Shown here: positions 10,073-20,049 of the stretch, in pieces
Numbering within the stretch: the stretch's first letter is position 1
Layout of the letters: each line of letters opens with the position of its first letter
Position numbers and translations under genes: made by a program
Notes under the pieces: model-generated
Databases searched by the model: none
The model's input: only the letters and a program-made list of their open reading frames with translations
Told to the model about the DNA's origin: nothing
Virus record (IMG/VR): IMGVR_UViG_3300027963_000039
Source of the DNA: a virus
Strand: one strand, 5' to 3'
Length of the DNA: 64,000 nt

Positions 10073-12235
10073 ATGGCTCTATCCTCAGCAATTTATAATT
10101 ATAATTCAACAATAACTTCTTATAATGGGGTGACCAAGGTCGCCACATTGAGTTCGCCTGTAGAAATTTCTTTAGGTTACAACAACACACTAGGACAATT
10201 AACTTCTCAGTACACTTTATCAGGTGATAACACAAGCGTTCTTGCAGCTATCAAAGATGGCACAAAACCACAACAGTTGTCTACTGACGAAAACGGAAGC
10301 TTTTATGGTATTTTAAATGTGCCGCCAGGAATATTTAAAGTTGGTTCTAGAGTGTTTCGTGTTGATAATAGGACAGTTGATGCCGATCTTTCAACTGCAA
10401 CAACTTATGCTGAAGCAACATTTACGGCAGCTGGACTTTCCACAACATCTCAAGCTTTACAATTTAGTCCTTCTGTAGATTCTGCATCAAATAAATTTAC
10501 ACCTACACAGTACCAGTCACAACAACAAATTAGTACTATTGCAAGTTATACAAATTTTGATCCAGTTGCACAATCATTTATCATTTCTAAAGATAATTAT
10601 CCAAACGGTGTCTATATCTTATCTGTAAAACTTTTCTTTAGATCAAAACCAACAACAACAAATACGCCAGTGATTGTATCGATTGTTCCAACTCTCAATG
10701 GTTACCCTAATGGTAACGCATTAGACTATTCCACAGTATCTTTGTATGCAGATCAAATTCAAACAAGCACATCTCCACACTTTTTGGATGCATCAACATA
10801 CACAGAATTTATGTTCAAAGCTCCTGTTTATATCAAGCCAGGAGAAACTTATGCGGTGTTAATTCAAACCAGTTCACCGGATTATACTGTTTATTATGCC
10901 CAACAAAATTCTTCGGCAGTAGCTTCAACTGCAAGAGCTCTACCTACAGATGCAATACCATCCAACCCAACAAAAATTGGTGCAGTACCAAATAGTGGTG
11001 CTTTCTTTGAATCACAAAACGGAACAACTTGGACTGCTGATCTGACAAAAGACCTGATGTTCGTTATTGATAGGTGTGTTTTCAACACTTCAAATAATCC
11101 AAAATTAGACTTTGTTGTTCCACAGAATTTACCTAAGAGAAAATTACTGGCAAGTGATATTCAATACAAATTAGATCCAAGTTTGATTAATGGTATATAC
11201 CGTAGTGCTGGTGGTGATCAAAGAATGGATGCTTTGAATGTTACAACTACAGATTTTACGCCGACTAGTACAACAATTAATTATGCATACACATCTACAA
11301 TAAGAGATGGAAATGTTTCTGATGGTCCAAACACAATCATTCCTGGAAAATTTGGTTCTCCAACACCAGACAATGTATATTTGGATGACGGACTAGGTTC
11401 ACGTATTTTATTATCAAACTCAAATAATTCGTTTACACTATCAGCAACACTCTCATCTTCTGATTCTGCTGTAAGTCCTATCATTTCTGACGATGGATTA
11501 ACATTGTTTAATGTTCGATATGTAATTAATAATATGGGACTTTCAAATCCTACAATTTCAGTTGCCAATACTGGAACAGGATACAACGCAAATACCGTTT
11601 CCGTATCTGTAAGTTCACCAGATGTTGGTTCTGATATTGCGGTGTGTACAGCAAATGTACAAGGCGGAAACGTTGTCGCCGTGGCTGTAACTTATGGTGG
11701 TTCGGGTTACTTAAAGACTCCAACAATTACAGTATCCGATGCAGCAACCCGTGGCGGTAATGCAAACTGTGTAGTAGTTGTTTCAGGTGAAACAAGTCCA
11801 GAAGGCGGTAACGCACTTGCAAAATACTTCACAAAGAAAGTTGTGTTGGCTGCAGGACAAGATTCTGGTGATTTGCGTGTATATTACTCAGCATACAAAC
11901 CAGTAGGTACAGAAGTTTACATTTATTACAAACTTTTAAGTAGTAATGATACACAAAAATTTGAAGAAGGCAATTGGCAATTGATGACCCAAGTTGGTCC
12001 ACAAAATGTTTATTCTTCTAATAGAGATGACATTATTGAATTTGAATGTGCTCCTGGAGTTTATGGAAGTGGTGCAGCAAATAATATTATTTCTTATACC
12101 GGTATTAACGGTCAAACATACAACGACTTTATTCAGTTTGCGATTAAACTTGTTATGGCAACAAATGATACTACCAAAGTTCCCGTGATTGAAGATATTC
12201 GTGCGTTGGCTTTACCACCAGGAACAGGAATTTAA
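10073..12235 (+). CDS. DUF4815/VrlC-like protein, C-terminal part (separate ORF)
   Basis: DPVAQSF..LFFRSKP, FESQNGTTWT..DLMF and terminal FAIKLVM..VPVIEDIRALAL motifs, which normally end the VrlC-like protein. Confidence 0.75.
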   Translation: MALSSAIYNYNSTITSYNGVTKVATLSSPVEISLGYNNTLGQLTSQYTLSGDNTSVLAAIKDGTKPQQLSTDENGSFYGILNVPPGIFKVGSRVFRVDNRTVDADLSTATTYAEATFTAAGLSTTSQALQFSPSVDSASNKFTPTQYQSQQQISTIASYTNFDPVAQSFIISKDNYPNGVYILSVKLFFRSKPTTTNTPVIVSIVPTLNGYPNGNALDYSTVSLYADQIQTSTSPHFLDASTYTEFMFKAPVYIKPGETYAVLIQTSSPDYTVYYAQQNSSAVASTARALPTDAIPSNPTKIGAVPNSGAFFESQNGTTWTADLTKDLMFVIDRCVFNTSNNPKLDFVVPQNLPKRKLLASDIQYKLDPSLINGIYRSAGGDQRMDALNVTTTDFTPTSTTINYAYTSTIRDGNVSDGPNTIIPGKFGSPTPDNVYLDDGLGSRILLSNSNNSFTLSATLSSSDSAVSPIISDDGLTLFNVRYVINNMGLSNPTISVANTGTGYNANTVSVSVSSPDVGSDIAVCTANVQGGNVVAVAVTYGGSGYLKTPTITVSDAATRGGNANCVVVVSGETSPEGGNALAKYFTKKVVLAAGQDSGDLRVYYSAYKPVGTEVYIYYKLLSSNDTQKFEEGNWQLMTQVGPQNVYSSNRDDIIEFECAPGVYGSGAANNIISYTGINGQTYNDFIQFAIKLVMATNDTTKVPVIEDIRALALPPGTGI

Positions 12236-12236
12236 A

Positions 12237-12467
12237 ATGCCTTTGGTGAAGGTTACTAATAGTCCTTTTGTTAGGGACACAGAGTCTAGGGTCTTATTGA
12301 ACACGGATGAAAATGCAAAAAATGAATATTTAACAAAGGTTAAATTATTAAAGACTCAAAAAGAAGAAATAAATAATGTTAAATCAGAAATAATAGCAGT
12401 AAAAGAAGATATGGCGGAAATAAAATATCTGCTATCAAAATTAATAGAAAAAGGTTCCAATGGCTAA
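12237..12467 (+). CDS. Small coiled-coil protein that follows VrlC-like genes
   Basis: ATG at 12237 directly after the upstream TAA; VRDTESRVLLNTD motif then heptads. Confidence 0.65.
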   Translation: MPLVKVTNSPFVRDTESRVLLNTDENAKNEYLTKVKLLKTQKEEINNVKSEIIAVKEDMAEIKYLLSKLIEKGSNG

Positions 12468-14193
12468 TACAGTTTCAGTTCTAAGTTATGCCAACACATT
12501 TGGTGATTGGGTAGTTGCGACCAACGCTCTATCGAGAGAGCACAACGACCTGGTAGCAAACAATTGGACCAAATCTACAGGAACATTGTATCTAACAGAT
12601 CCCTCATTAGGCATGCAAGTTAGTGGTGCAGCTATTGTTGCTGGCGCTTTACAAGTTCAGGGTACAGGTTCATCCGCATACGTACAAAATAACATTCGTA
12701 TTGATGGAACTTTGGCCGCAACAAACTCTACAAATAGTATTTACTCCACAGGTGTTGTTACATCTTTAGGTAGAGTAAATGCTAATGCTTCCGGATTAGG
12801 TTTATTTGTTGCAAACAATTTTACTGTTGGCGGCACAGCAAACGCTTCAAATTTATTTGTAACATCAACCACCACAACCGGTAACTTAGTGGTTTCTGGT
12901 ACATCAAATGTTGAAAGTTTAGTTGCAAACACATTTCTTAGAACAAACACATTTGTTGCCAATACAATAACCGCAAATACAATCACCAATGCAGGATCGA
13001 TGAGTGCTAACGGATTATCTGTTGGTACGGGTGGTTTGAATGTGCAAGGTAGTTTCACTTTAAATGGAACGACAGTCTACAATACTCCATATTTTACCAT
13101 AAGTGCTGCGACACCAAATATAGATGCTTATTTTGGTGTCTACAGAACAATCACAGCAAATGCTAGTATTAAATGGGACAATGCAAATTCATATTTTGCT
13201 ATTGGTGATGTCACTTCTGGCGCAAATAATTATTTTTATAGAATACTTACTGCACAACAACTAACAGATTCTTTATCTGATAACAGTTCTTTAAATGTAG
13301 CAACATCTAAAGCCGCAAACACTTTACAAGTTGCTTTAGTTTCTGCAAACACATCGATGAAGTCTTATGTGGACAACATCAATACTATTGGTGCAGGTAT
13401 CAATACAGCACAAAATACCAATATTACAACCGCAAACAATGCGGCGTGGGCAGGATACGCTCGTGCTAATACATCATCAAATACTTTTGTTGGCACTTCT
13501 GGTAGCGCATCACCTAGTACCGGTGTTATTTCGTTCAACAGTACAAACGGTATTACAATTAGTGGAACAAGTAACGTTCTAACAATCAGTACCTCACAGA
13601 ATTTACAAACAAACGGTACTCCTACTTTTGCAACTGTAACGTTAAGTTCACCGTCAACTGCACCAACAGCAGCAACAAATACAAGTAACACTCAAATTGC
13701 TACGACTGCGTTTGTTCAGAATCAGTTAAACAACGGTAATACTTATACACTTACTTCCGCAGTAACAAATTCCGTTACTGTAGTAAATGATTCATCAACA
13801 AATGCCACAATGTATCCTGTTTGGGTCGTTGCAAATTCAGGTAACAATGCACTTAAAACATCGAGTTCCAATTTCTATTTCAATCCAAGTACAGGCTCAG
13901 TAAGTGCAACTATATTCAACGCACTCTCTGATGAAAATAGAAAAGAAAATATTTACCCAATCACCAATGCAACTGGTGTAATTAAACAAATTAATGGTTA
14001 TGGATTTAATTGGAAAGATAATGGTAAAAAATCTTACGGTCACATCGCTCAACGTTTAGAAGAAATTTTACCCGATTTAGTAGACACCAATGCAGAGGGT
14101 GTGAAATCGGTTAATTATAACGGTTTAATTGCCTTCTTGGTTGAAACTGTAAAAGAGATGGACAAACGTATCACAGAATTGGAAAGTAAATAA
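12460..14193 (+). CDS. Tail fibre protein with C-terminal intramolecular chaperone (peptidase S74-like) domain
   Basis: SDENRKENI..GFNWK..GHIAQRLEEILPDLV..SVNYNGLIAFLVETVKE; N-terminal NTFGDWVVATN. Confidence 0.85.
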   Translation: MANTVSVLSYANTFGDWVVATNALSREHNDLVANNWTKSTGTLYLTDPSLGMQVSGAAIVAGALQVQGTGSSAYVQNNIRIDGTLAATNSTNSIYSTGVVTSLGRVNANASGLGLFVANNFTVGGTANASNLFVTSTTTTGNLVVSGTSNVESLVANTFLRTNTFVANTITANTITNAGSMSANGLSVGTGGLNVQGSFTLNGTTVYNTPYFTISAATPNIDAYFGVYRTITANASIKWDNANSYFAIGDVTSGANNYFYRILTAQQLTDSLSDNSSLNVATSKAANTLQVALVSANTSMKSYVDNINTIGAGINTAQNTNITTANNAAWAGYARANTSSNTFVGTSGSASPSTGVISFNSTNGITISGTSNVLTISTSQNLQTNGTPTFATVTLSSPSTAPTAATNTSNTQIATTAFVQNQLNNGNTYTLTSAVTNSVTVVNDSSTNATMYPVWVVANSGNNALKTSSSNFYFNPSTGSVSATIFNALSDENRKENIYPITNATGVIKQINGYGFNWKDNGKKSYGHIAQRLEEILPDLVDTNAEGVKSVNYNGLIAFLVETVKEMDKRITELESK

Positions 14194-14194
14194 A

Positions 14195-14530
14195 ATGGCA
14201 GCAGGATACCAAGACATTTATTTAGAACAGGGTGTTACATACACCAACCAAATCACGCTTGATGATTCTACAGGTGAGCCATATAATTTAACTGGATTTA
14301 CCGTCAAAAGTCAAGCCAAAAAATCTTATTACTCAACAAATCCAACCATCACGTTTAATGCAATAATTTACGATGCAAACAATGGCGTAATACAGTTGAG
14401 TGCAAATTCTGCTGTAACTGCAAATGTGGCTCCCGGTAAATTGGTATATGATATTATTATCATGGGATCCAATAATGTAACCCGTGTACTTGAAGGACAA
14501 ATATTTGTATCTCCAGCCGTAACTAAGTAG
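14195..14530 (+). CDS. Conserved small virion protein (EQGxTF/Y...YDI...RVLEG family)
   Basis: Motif pattern common in T4-like aquatic phage fibre regions. Confidence 0.65.
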   Translation: MAAGYQDIYLEQGVTYTNQITLDDSTGEPYNLTGFTVKSQAKKSYYSTNPTITFNAIIYDANNGVIQLSANSAVTANVAPGKLVYDIIIMGSNNVTRVLEGQIFVSPAVTK

Positions 14531-14538
14531 GGCAAAAG

Positions 14539-14898
14539 ATGCCAAATGTTAGAGTCAATCCCATACAAAGCATAAATGTAAGGATAAATCAACGAAATCA
14601 ACCCGTTGTTTCTACTACCTCCACATTTAATGGCCAAGTTGAAGTACAAGAAAAAGTTGACTTTGCTTTATCGCAAGCCAATAGTGCTTTAATTCTTGCC
14701 AACACAGCTTATTATCTCGCCAACACAGCCACACAAGACATCTCTTACATAAAAGGTGTCGATGCATGGCAGAATACACAGATTTCATATGTGAACGTTT
14801 TTGCTCAGTCGGCTTATAACCAAGCAAATGCATCATATAATTTTGCAAATACAATATATACTGATCTTTCCGTAATTGACGGAGGCTTTTTTTACTAA
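14539..14898 (+). CDS. Short fibre-associated protein ending IDGGFFY
   Basis: ORF in gene run; SAYNQAN coiled motif shared with neighbours. Confidence 0.6.
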   Translation: MPNVRVNPIQSINVRINQRNQPVVSTTSTFNGQVEVQEKVDFALSQANSALILANTAYYLANTATQDISYIKGVDAWQNTQISYVNVFAQSAYNQANASYNFANTIYTDLSVIDGGFFY

Positions 14899-15041
14899 AT
14901 AATGGTGTTACGTAAAAAGTAACACCAACAACATTGATTTATGAAGTTATTATTACATAGAAGTGGGGTTCGCCGACATTCATAATCACGGAGTTAATTT
15001 TCACCTTTGTAAGTTCAACAAAATAATAACCAAACAAAAAA

Positions 15042-15266
15042 ATGAAAAGAAATAGAATAAATCAACAAAGACTGCCCTTTTCAACTGCCGGTTCTCATAC
15101 CGGTAATCCCACCATCTCTAGTACTTTTTATGGTGCATATGGTTCTGCAAACAACCAAATACGTTCTGCATATGACCAAGCCAATACGGCTACAGGCATT
15201 GCAAATACAGCAAACACACTTGCAACCGATCTATCGATAACTCTAGACGGTGGTTTTTTTAACTGA
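15042..15266 (+). CDS. Short paralog of 14539 ORF ending LDGGFFN
   Basis: Shares RINQ, STFxG, SAYxQAN, TDLS and DGGFF with the previous ORF; no clear SD. Confidence 0.45.
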   Translation: MKRNRINQQRLPFSTAGSHTGNPTISSTFYGAYGSANNQIRSAYDQANTATGIANTANTLATDLSITLDGGFFN

Positions 15267-15281
15267 TAACATTGGTTTCTT

Positions 15282-15289
15282 TATAAATA
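15282..15289 (+). promoter_or_regulatory. T4-type late promoter TATAAATA
   Basis: Exact consensus in an intergenic gap; same or near-same motif at 3848, 20020, 21855, 28743, 33550, 35310, 37633, 39290, 40518, 41950. Confidence 0.75.
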
Positions 15290-15401
15290 ATGTGGATGTG
15301 AAATAATTAATTTTCGTAATTAATTTTAATTTAAGATTAAGCCTGATTGACATTTGTAATGGAATTTTTAACAAAAAAACAAATCAAAACAAGGAAATAA
15401 A

Positions 15402-17273
15402 ATGGCCATTTCAAATACTAACATTCTGATTAAACGTTCAGGTGTCGGTGGAACAGGACGTCCAAGTTCGCTACTATCTGGTGAATTAGCGTATTCATAC
15501 GCATCAAATACAATCTTTATCGGTTCTCCAACTGGTAATGGTGTTGTTAATGTTGGCGGTCAATTCTACACTTCACAGATCGATTCTGCAACTACATCAA
15601 ATACCGCAAGCACCCTTGTAAAACGTGATGCTGACGGTAAATTTGCTGGTCGTTTGACTGGTATTGCAGACAAAGCCGATCAATTAACAAATTCACGTAA
15701 CTTCTCCGTTTCTGGTAGTGACATCACCGCAGCTAACGTTTCTTTTGATGGTACTGGTTCAGTTACATTAAATGCTTCTTTAAATGCTGTTCCTGGTCTA
15801 TCTGCTGGTGCATACGGTTCTACAACAGCCATTCCTGTTGTTACTGTTGGTGCAAACGGTCGTGTTCTTGCAATTTCAACATCAACTATTGCAACACAAT
15901 TTGATATTAATGATGGCACAAACAGCAATACGATTAACGGTGGTTCAACATTCTACCATCTTGGTACAAAAGGTATCACAACAACGGTATCAGCCAATAC
16001 TGTAACGATATCTACAGATAACACAATCGTTCGTTCTAATACAACATCCGTTGGTCCACAGACCATCGGTACAGACTTGAATATTTCTGGTAACTTAACT
16101 GTTACAGGTACAACAACATACGTTAATACAGCCGTTGTACAAACAAACGATTCATTAATTCAACTTGCTGCAAACAATACTGTAGGCGATGTAATTGATA
16201 TCGGTTTCGTTGGTACATACAACAACGGTGCAAACGTAGCAACCGGTCTTGTTCGTGATGCTGGTAACAAAGCGTACTACTTGTTCAAAGATGTTGAGGC
16301 TAGTTCTATTACATCTGCAAATACGATTGCAAATAACCTGTTCACACAGGCAAATACTGCAACTCTGTATGCTAACTTAAATGCTTTCTCAGGCACAATT
16401 GGTACTTTAACATTAACCAACGCATTAACTGTACCTAACGGTGGTACAGGTCAAACTTCGTTTAATACTGGCCAGATGATTGTTGGTTCAGGCACGAACG
16501 GTCTTGCACAAATTGCTAACGTATCGACCGCAATCAGTCAGAGTTTTGGTTCTGCATCAGTTGTTCCAGTATTCACAACAGACGCTTATGGTCGTGTTGC
16601 TTCTGTATCTAACACATCAATCGCAATTGCTGCTTCACAAGTTACTTCTGGCCAGTTAGCGATTGCTCAAGGCGGTACAAACTCTGGTTCATATGCACAG
16701 AACGGTTTACTATACTATAACGGTACTTCTTTTGCAACATCTGCTAACCAAACTGCTTACACCACACAAGGTGGTGCAAGTTATGTTCCAGTAATTTCTA
16801 CCAACACTCTTGGTCAAGTTACTGCAATTTCTAACACACAGATTGCAATTGACGTAAGCAACATCACTTCTGGTACATTGGGTTACAGCAGAGGCGGTAC
16901 AGGTTCTACATCATACACAACAGGTGCATTGCTTGTTGCTGGCGTTACTGGTCTAGAGTCTGTTGCTAATACAACATACGTATTGACTGGCGCACTAGCA
17001 TCTAACAATACAATCACTTCATTGACTGTTGATGCATATGGCCGTGTAACTGCTGCAACTGGTGCTGCAATTTCTGGTCTAACCGTTGCTCAAGGCGGTA
17101 CAGGACTAGCAACTGTAACAACAAACGGTATCACATATGGTAACGGTACTGCTGCGATGGGTGTAACTGCTGCTGCAGGATCTTCCGATCAGACATGGTC
17201 TAATCAGATTCTTACAGTAACAGCTGCTGGTGTTCCAGTATGGTCATCAGCAATGGACGGTGGAACATTCTAA
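15402..17273 (+). CDS. Tail fibre-like protein
   Basis: ILIKRSG..PSSLLSGELAYS N-terminus; repeated VDAYGRV and xxGGTG motifs; ends MDGGTF; AAGGA SD; late promoter upstream. Confidence 0.8.
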   Translation: MAISNTNILIKRSGVGGTGRPSSLLSGELAYSYASNTIFIGSPTGNGVVNVGGQFYTSQIDSATTSNTASTLVKRDADGKFAGRLTGIADKADQLTNSRNFSVSGSDITAANVSFDGTGSVTLNASLNAVPGLSAGAYGSTTAIPVVTVGANGRVLAISTSTIATQFDINDGTNSNTINGGSTFYHLGTKGITTTVSANTVTISTDNTIVRSNTTSVGPQTIGTDLNISGNLTVTGTTTYVNTAVVQTNDSLIQLAANNTVGDVIDIGFVGTYNNGANVATGLVRDAGNKAYYLFKDVEASSITSANTIANNLFTQANTATLYANLNAFSGTIGTLTLTNALTVPNGGTGQTSFNTGQMIVGSGTNGLAQIANVSTAISQSFGSASVVPVFTTDAYGRVASVSNTSIAIAASQVTSGQLAIAQGGTNSGSYAQNGLLYYNGTSFATSANQTAYTTQGGASYVPVISTNTLGQVTAISNTQIAIDVSNITSGTLGYSRGGTGSTSYTTGALLVAGVTGLESVANTTYVLTGALASNNTITSLTVDAYGRVTAATGAAISGLTVAQGGTGLATVTTNGITYGNGTAAMGVTAAAGSSDQTWSNQILTVTAAGVPVWSSAMDGGTF

Positions 17274-17308
17274 ATACTTCGTAATTACTTTATAATAGGG
17301 AGACCAAG

Positions 17309-18082
17309 ATGAGCAATGATAGCTATATTAATCATTATGTTGAAATTTTAACCAGTACGATGACGGATGCTGTAATTAGAAATGTTTCTTTACAGGCAAA
17401 CGCAAGAATTAGTGATGAAGTTATTGCTGGATTGAATAAAAAAGTTGAAGAATCATTTGCTCAGATTGGAAAATATGAGGAAAAGTCAAGCGGTGAAATT
17501 AATAATCTAAAATCATCGCTTGACAACCACCTCAATACGATTACAAGATTAAATAATGAAATTCAAGAACAGAAACGTAATCATGTTAATGAAATTAAAG
17601 ATTATAAACTTAAATCTACTAATCAAATTGATAAGTTAAATATATTAATTGAGGAACAAGCGAATACCATTTCTTCATTAGAAGAAACAATTTCTAATTT
17701 TGATATATCTAAAGAAGAAATTGAAAATTTAAATTCTTATAAAGAAGAATTAAATAAATTAAAAGAAGAAAACGGTAAATTCAATGAATCATATGAATCA
17801 AAAATTACTGAAGCAAATAGTGGATATGATTCTAAAGTTGCAGAAATGCAAAGTGAATATGAATCTAAAGTTGCAGAAGTTAATAATCAATATGAATCCA
17901 AAATTAAAGAATTGACAGAAGCAAATAGTGGATATGAATCTAAAGTTGCAGAACTTAACCGTGAATATACCAATTTGAAAACGCAAGTACAAACTGTATT
18001 GAATAGAACTCGAACGGATTATGAATCTAGGATTTCACAATTGAATGAAAAAATCAAATCGTTAGAATCTTCCTCTCTTTGA
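17309..18082 (+). CDS. Coiled-coil protein with 11-residue repeats
   Basis: E/K/N-rich heptads; YESKV/IAE repeats. Confidence 0.7.
   Translation: MSNDSYINHYVEILTSTMTDAVIRNVSLQANARISDEVIAGLNKKVEESFAQIGKYEEKSSGEINNLKSSLDNHLNTITRLNNEIQEQKRNHVNEIKDYKLKSTNQIDKLNILIEEQANTISSLEETISNFDISKEEIENLNSYKEELNKLKEENGKFNESYESKITEANSGYDSKVAEMQSEYESKVAEVNNQYESKIKELTEANSGYESKVAELNREYTNLKTQVQTVLNRTRTDYESRISQLNEKIKSLESSSL
17791..17968 (+). repeat. Coding tandem repeat, ~33 nt period (YESKVAE)
   Basis: tatgaatctaaagttgcagaa and gaagcaaatagtggatatga recur. Confidence 0.75.
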
Positions 18083-18150
18083 TAAAATTGACGAATAGTG
18101 TTCCGAATAAAGATGGTGTAAAAACTTAACTTAAATCTTTAGAAAAAAAA

Positions 18151-19032
18151 ATGTCAACACCTATATCAAACACCAGAATACAACTTAAAAAATCCGGCGT
18201 ATCGGGTAATACACCAACATCATTAAACTTTGGAGAGTTGGCGTTAAACTACGCCGATGGAAAGTTATATTATAAAGATGATACTGGTACCATCCGTTAC
18301 ATTAAAAATTCAAATTCTTTTGCTACAGTAAACGCAAATGCCTCTTTGGTATTAGCTCAGTCAAATAGTGATACATTGACTTTAACTGCGGCAAATGGTA
18401 TTGGTATCACAGCCAACACCATAACAAAAACGATTACGATTGATGATCGTGTTACACAAGACTTAGTTAATCATGTAAATGCATATGCGGCTTCTGCTTA
18501 CAATAAAGCAAATACTGCGGCTTTACAAATTACTCCTGTTGGAGAAACAGACAATAATGCTAACAATGTTTTCTATGTTGTTCTTAATGACATCAATAGT
18601 GGTCCTGCAAACACATTATTTGCAACAGCTAATAATGCTTCAAACAACACTTTAACATTTGTACCTTCTGCTGGAAAGATGGGCGTGAAGTCTATTGGTT
18701 TGGCTTCAAATACAATCATTTCTTCAAATAGTGTATTTGTTGCAAATTCTAATTCTAGAATAATTGATTCTTTTTCTACAACAGAATACAAAGGTGCTTT
18801 CTATCAAGTGCAAATGTCTAGTCCAGATTATTTTCACTCATTGAATCTTACCGTGATACATGATGGACTTTTTCCAACCATAACAACTTTTGGTGAAGTT
18901 TATACAGGTAGTTTAGGATCATTTTCCGCAGATATATTTGGATCAAATCTAGATGTAATTTTTACTCCTAGAGGAGATTTACCTACAGCGAATCTTGCTA
19001 CAATTGTATTCATCAAAAATGCGATTAGGTAA
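18151..19032 (+). CDS. Fibre-associated structural protein, paralog A
   Basis: IQLKKSG..LNFGELALNYADGKLYYKD N-terminus; C-terminal IDSFS..FYQVQ..VIHDG..FGEVYTG domain. Confidence 0.7.
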   Translation: MSTPISNTRIQLKKSGVSGNTPTSLNFGELALNYADGKLYYKDDTGTIRYIKNSNSFATVNANASLVLAQSNSDTLTLTAANGIGITANTITKTITIDDRVTQDLVNHVNAYAASAYNKANTAALQITPVGETDNNANNVFYVVLNDINSGPANTLFATANNASNNTLTFVPSAGKMGVKSIGLASNTIISSNSVFVANSNSRIIDSFSTTEYKGAFYQVQMSSPDYFHSLNLTVIHDGLFPTITTFGEVYTGSLGSFSADIFGSNLDVIFTPRGDLPTANLATIVFIKNAIR

Positions 19033-19037
19033 GAAAA

Positions 19038-20015
19038 ATGTCTACCGCAAACACCACAATACAACTTAAAAAATCCGGCGCTTCAGGAAACACTCCATCG
19101 AATTTGAATTTTGGAGAGTTGGCGTTAAACTACGCCGATGGAAAGTTATATTATAAAGATGATTCTGGAAATACCAGTTTCATTAAAAATTCAAATTCTT
19201 TTTCTACTATTGTTGCCAACTCTTATTCTTTAGTTGCCAACACGAATTCTGATGTACTGAATTTAGAATCTGCAAATGGTTCGTATGGTATTAACATACT
19301 CGCCAATACGCAATCAAAAACCATTAGAATTGATGATTCGGATACACAAACGTTAATTGGTGATGTAAATACGTTGGTTAGTTCTGCTTACAATAAAGCA
19401 AACAACTTAGCTATACACATCGATTCGATTGGAGAAGTTTCTAATACTTATTATATTAATTTTGCGGATCATAATAACAATTCGTCAAATATCTTATATA
19501 CTACCGCAAATAACACTCTGACTTTTAAACCTTCTGAAGGAAAATTAGGTGTAAGGTCTATTGACTTGACATCAAATACAAATATAGTTGCTAAAACTGT
19601 AGTTGTACCAAACATTAATCCAATTGTAGTAGATTCATTCTCAATTAATGAATTTAGAAGTGCTTTTTATCAAATACAAATATCAAGACCAACCTCTTTT
19701 CATTATCATTCATTAAATTTTAACGTTGTACATGATGGATATTTTCCAATCACATCAACTTTCGGTGAAGTGTATACGGGTAGTTTAGGTTCATTCTATG
19801 CAAGTATATTTGGATCAACATTAGAAGTAACTTTTTATCCTAGTGTGGGTGCTGCAACTGTTGTTTTCACTAGATATGCAGTTGATACAAGTCCTATACA
19901 AGGAACTCCAGAAGATTCTATGGGTTCGGTTGGTGATCCTCCTACATCAAGATACAATTCGGGATCTGTTACAGAATTGCCAACATTGATTTTGGATTAC
20001 GGCACAGTAAATTAA
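19038..20015 (+). CDS. Fibre-associated structural protein, paralog B
   Basis: Collinear paralog of 18151 with an extra C-terminal GSV-repeat tail ending LDYGTVN. Confidence 0.7.
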   Translation: MSTANTTIQLKKSGASGNTPSNLNFGELALNYADGKLYYKDDSGNTSFIKNSNSFSTIVANSYSLVANTNSDVLNLESANGSYGINILANTQSKTIRIDDSDTQTLIGDVNTLVSSAYNKANNLAIHIDSIGEVSNTYYINFADHNNNSSNILYTTANNTLTFKPSEGKLGVRSIDLTSNTNIVAKTVVVPNINPIVVDSFSINEFRSAFYQIQISRPTSFHYHSLNFNVVHDGYFPITSTFGEVYTGSLGSFYASIFGSTLEVTFYPSVGAATVVFTRYAVDTSPIQGTPEDSMGSVGDPPTSRYNSGSVTELPTLILDYGTVN

Positions 20016-20049
20016 CAAGAATAAATAAATCAAACTTTAGGGATAAACC

